Virus record (IMG/VR): IMGVR_UViG_3300012910_000003
Coordinates: 31,639-95,638 of that record
Source of the DNA: a virus
Taxonomy: Duplodnaviria; Caudoviricetes
Strand: one strand, 5' to 3'
DNA: 64,000 nt
Every line of letters begins with the position of its first letter. Position 1 is the stretch's first letter. The notes beneath the pieces were generated by a model. It did no database searches. It was not told the origin of the DNA and saw only the letters and a program-made list of their open reading frames with translations. The translations under genes and the position numbers were made by a program. This document shows positions 60,805-64,000 of this stretch, in pieces.

Positions 60805-61460
60805 TATTCTTTAGTATCTACATTCATAATACAAACTTTACCTTTAACAAACTTAGCTGCACCACAATCTAGATTCCATAAATATTGATAATTTTCTGGT
60901 TTAGGTTCAGTATTCATTACTTCATAATAATATTGAACTGGTGTGTGTCCTATAAATATTTCAGTAAAATTATCTGCATTAACTAAAGGTTTTTTAGCAA
61001 ATACAAACTTTTTAATCATATCTCTATCCCAATAATATTCAGATTTATGAGTAGTTTTAATAGGCCAATCTATATCATAACCAGCATGAATAAATAATCT
61101 ATTTTTATTATCTACATAATAATCTATTTGATTATTAAAGAAATCAAAATGTATATTAGGATCACAATCATAATTTACATAAGATTGTAAAGTATTACTT
61201 CCACCTTGACCAAATCCCCATTCATGTTCACCTGTTTTTAAGTAATTAAACCAAACAACATCATGATTTCCTTTTACAGCTATTAAATTCTTAATTTTTA
61301 ATAATTCTTCAATTACTAAGTAAGAATCTGATCCTCTATCTACTACATCACCTAATGATATTAAAGTATCATTATTATAATCAAAGTTAGCTAATTCTAA
61401 AGCTTGTTTTAATTGATTATGGCAAGCATGAATATCACCTACTACATAAGTTTTATTCAT
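60792..61460 (-). CDS. Calcineurin-like metallophosphoesterase (lambda NinI-like Ser/Thr phosphatase)
   Basis: GDIH, GDVVDRG, GNHD, HAG, GHTP, LDCG. Confidence 0.9.
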   Translation of the reverse strand: MNKTYVVGDIHACHNQLKQALELANFDYNNDTLISLGDVVDRGSDSYLVIEELLKIKNLIAVKGNHDVVWFNYLKTGEHEWGFGQGGSNTLQSYVNYDCDPNIHFDFFNNQIDYYVDNKNRLFIHAGYDIDWPIKTTHKSEYYWDRDMIKKFVFAKKPLVNADNFTEIFIGHTPVQYYYEVMNTEPKPENYQYLWNLDCGAAKFVKGKVCIMNVDTKEYWLA

Positions 61461-61461
61461 A

Positions 61462-61641
61462 TTATTTAATTAATTTATAACCTTCACCTTTACAATCTGG
61501 ACATTCTTTTCTAGTAATACCATCTTTATCAGATGTTTCAAATAATCCAAAAACTAAAAACACAGGTACTAATAAAGTAGTACTATCAAATATATGTCCT
61601 TTACCATCACAATTGGGGCATTTTATTACTTTTGTATTCAT
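61462..61641 (-). CDS. 59-aa DnaJ-type Zn-finger peptide (not in ORF track)
   Basis: CPNCDGKG ... CPDCKGEG flanking a hydrophobic stretch. Confidence 0.7.
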   Translation of the reverse strand: MNTKVIKCPNCDGKGHIFDSTTLLVPVFLVFGLFETSDKDGITRKECPDCKGEGYKLIK

Positions 61642-61659
61642 TTTATCTTACTTTGTTGT

Positions 61660-63567
61660 TTAAAATAGTTTTAATTGATTTGTGTTAAAAGATTCTATTA
61701 AGGTTCTTGTTTTATTAATATAAAACCTGTAATTTATATCTGTAGGAAACTCTTTAGGTATGTGGTTTAGTATTTGAACAGCTGATTCACTAAATACATG
61801 TTCCATAATAACTTTACTTTTCTTAGATTTTTCTATAGGTTTAGATTTATATAAATAAGCTCCTTTTTTAGAACAATAAAATCTATTTAATTGTTGAACT
61901 TGATTATTATTGTGAAACACTTGATAAGATTTATCAATCTTTTTAGCAGCACAAAAATCAAATATATTATCATGTTTATAAATAGTATCTTCGATAGGTA
62001 TATCTTCTAAATAATAGTTTTTAAAGGCTATAGCAACTATTAAAAATTCATTTGAACCATCTAATACCTTTTCATAAATAAACTGTCCCTTAGCCTTTAT
62101 TTTACCCTTTACAGTTTCTGCTAAATAATCATTAATACTAGTTCTCCATACTTGTTTATATCTAACCTCTTCAAGTTGCATTTTAGTTATGGATTCCCAT
62201 TTTTTACTAATATCATAAAACTTATCAAGTAATTGGTTATCAAGTATATAACTAATTCCATCGGTGTTAGCCATATCTACATGTATACCTATTTCTTCAC
62301 ACATTTCACAATACATTAATAAAAATAATTGACCATTTAAAGTAATCTTTAACATACAAGATAAATCTTGCATTGGTGTATACTCATTATTAGTATTACC
62401 ATAAAAACCACCATTCATAGCTAATTTTAATAGTGCTGCTTTATTAGGATCTGAAGTTTTTATAGATACTCTTTCATCTCTAATATCCATTAAAATTTCA
62501 TCAAAATGACCTTCTTTTAAATGAGATGGTATAAACCCCCACATACCTCCTAAAGTTGGGTAGTAAGAACTACAATCCATATCTATATATAATTGATCAT
62601 TATTAGGTTTAATATGTTCTGGATTTTCATGATAACTATGAAGACCACCAGATTTAATATCATAAATTGTTCCTTTATAATCAACTCTGTAATTTATTTC
62701 TGTAGTAGTTGTTACAGTTTGTTTTAATAAATCTTGGTGTAAAGCATAAAAACTTTTAAATAATTTAACATTATTATCACCAATTGTAATCCATCTAAAA
62801 GATAAATCATCTGTTTTAGTAAAACTAACTTCAGGTAATATAATATCTTTTAAATCAATGGATTCCCACCTTGTTCTTAATCTTCTTACCTCTTCTATAT
62901 CAAGATTATTCTTATCACAATAAGTTTTTATTAAGATATTTAAACCTATTTTCACACCATCCCAACTAATACAATCAAATCCATATAATTTTTGAGCAAA
63001 TATTCTAAGATTAATATCAGCAGATAATTTATTAGCAAGCTTTTTAGTAACTATACAATCATTATAATTATATAGTAAAGTACTATTAATCTCTTCTTTA
63101 GTAAATTCTTCTTGAGTATGAGGTATAGGCATCTCAACTATCTCTAAATCAAGGTTAACTGCAAAATACTTTAGACTTAATTTCTTACTAATTCTAAGCA
63201 TTTTACTCCAAAAAGTAAAACAATCTAAATTAATCCAATCAGTTTTCCATTTATATTTACTATAAGGTTTAAAACTATCATAATCATTTTCTTGATTTAT
63301 TACTATTTGAGCAATCTTATATATTTGTTGAGAAGTAACTTCCTTTTGATTTATTAACCAATTACAAATAATACTATCAAAATGAATTGAATTAAAACCT
63401 ATAAAGTATTTAAGTTTACTAAACTTTTCTTTAATAAGATCTAATTGGTTTATATCTTTTGATATTATATATTGTTCATAATTGTCTGAATCATAATCTA
63501 GAAAAGTTATAGTAAAAAGACCTTTAAGTGTCTCAATATCAATTACTTGTCTCTTTGTTCTTAACAT
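61660..63567 (-). CDS. polB: Family B DNA polymerase with 3'-5' exonuclease
   Basis: ExoI DIET, ExoII GFNSIHFD, ExoIII YNYND; motif A DCSSYYP, motif B KLAMNGGFYG, motif C NTDG. Confidence 0.92.
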   Translation of the reverse strand: MLRTKRQVIDIETLKGLFTITFLDYDSDNYEQYIISKDINQLDLIKEKFSKLKYFIGFNSIHFDSIICNWLINQKEVTSQQIYKIAQIVINQENDYDSFKPYSKYKWKTDWINLDCFTFWSKMLRISKKLSLKYFAVNLDLEIVEMPIPHTQEEFTKEEINSTLLYNYNDCIVTKKLANKLSADINLRIFAQKLYGFDCISWDGVKIGLNILIKTYCDKNNLDIEEVRRLRTRWESIDLKDIILPEVSFTKTDDLSFRWITIGDNNVKLFKSFYALHQDLLKQTVTTTTEINYRVDYKGTIYDIKSGGLHSYHENPEHIKPNNDQLYIDMDCSSYYPTLGGMWGFIPSHLKEGHFDEILMDIRDERVSIKTSDPNKAALLKLAMNGGFYGNTNNEYTPMQDLSCMLKITLNGQLFLLMYCEMCEEIGIHVDMANTDGISYILDNQLLDKFYDISKKWESITKMQLEEVRYKQVWRTSINDYLAETVKGKIKAKGQFIYEKVLDGSNEFLIVAIAFKNYYLEDIPIEDTIYKHDNIFDFCAAKKIDKSYQVFHNNNQVQQLNRFYCSKKGAYLYKSKPIEKSKKSKVIMEHVFSESAVQILNHIPKEFPTDINYRFYINKTRTLIESFNTNQLKLF

Positions 63568-64000
63568 ATTTATTTATTTCTTCATACATATTTTTACAAA
63601 AAATTAATAGTTCTTCTATAGAAGCATCATTTTTTATTCTATTAGCAGCCTTACTAATTATCCAAACATTATTTTTACTATAACCTTTAGTATTATCTAT
63701 CCTATCTAATGATGGACTATACCTATCTTTATCAAAAGGTATTTTAAATATTGGACAAATTTCAGGTATTATAATATCTTCTTTATTTAAGTCACAAGAA
63801 ATACCTCTTCTTTTTAAAGCTTGTTTAGCTTGTCTTAAGAAAGCAGCTTCTCTTTGATTCCAATAAGATTTTTTCTTAAGTTCTGCTAATCTTCTTCTAT
63901 ATTCAGGATCTCTAGCTCTTCTTTCTTTTCTTTTAGCATTTATTTTATGTTGTATTTTCTTATGTTTTATTTTACAAACTTCTATTACACAAGGTTTACA
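63539..64000 (-). CDS. HNH-type endonuclease, 5' truncated by window edge (not in ORF track)
   Basis: IPEICPIF...SPSLDRIDNTKGY.KNNVWIISKAANRIKND; stop TGA 63541-63539 overlaps polB start. Confidence 0.85.
   Translation of the reverse strand, partial: CKPCVIEVCKIKHKKIQHKINAKRKERRARDPEYRRRLAELKKKSYWNQREAAFLRQAKQALKRRGISCDLNKEDIIIPEICPIFKIPFDKDRYSPSLDRIDNTKGYSKNNVWIISKAANRIKNDASIEELLIFCKNMYEEINKYVKNKETSN

Noticed and set aside
1-64000. Stop-codon reassignment (TAG/TGA) as in some crAss-like phages
   Set aside because: Genes are full length in code 11 with dense packing; TAG ends 10613-11515 normally; no suppressor tRNA seen.
1-64000. tRNA genes, CRISPR arrays, DGR repeats, integrase
   Set aside because: No cloverleaf, spaced direct repeats, reverse transcriptase or recombinase motifs noticed; intergenic space is minimal.

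Overview
AT-rich segment of a crAss-like (Crassvirales-type) podophage genome, probably infecting a Bacteroidota host (TAnnTTTG promoter elements, A-rich leaders without Shine-Dalgarno). Standard genetic code. The + strand (1-39855) is the late/virion module: HNH, TerL, portal, scaffold-like protein, major capsid, ring/muzzle tail proteins, IHF-like proteins, ejection (cargo) proteins including a 1994-aa virion RNA polymerase (DFDID motif), and a terminal glycosyltransferase. The - strand (39848-64000) is the early/replication module: PolB, phosphoesterase, many small ORFs, a DnaB-like helicase split by a group I intron carrying a LAGLIDADG endonuclease, Sak4-like ATPase, SSB, primase, M28-type peptidase, RusA-like resolvase and 5'-3' exonuclease. 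Most notable: near-total CpG absence; terminal cysteines placed head-to-tail on the three giant ejection proteins; an intron whose endonuclease sits in the P1 loop with its own promoter/hairpin switch; a nucleotidyltransferase plus twin-paralog cassette; and host clamp/SSB docking tails. All family calls are from motif recognition by eye, not database searches.
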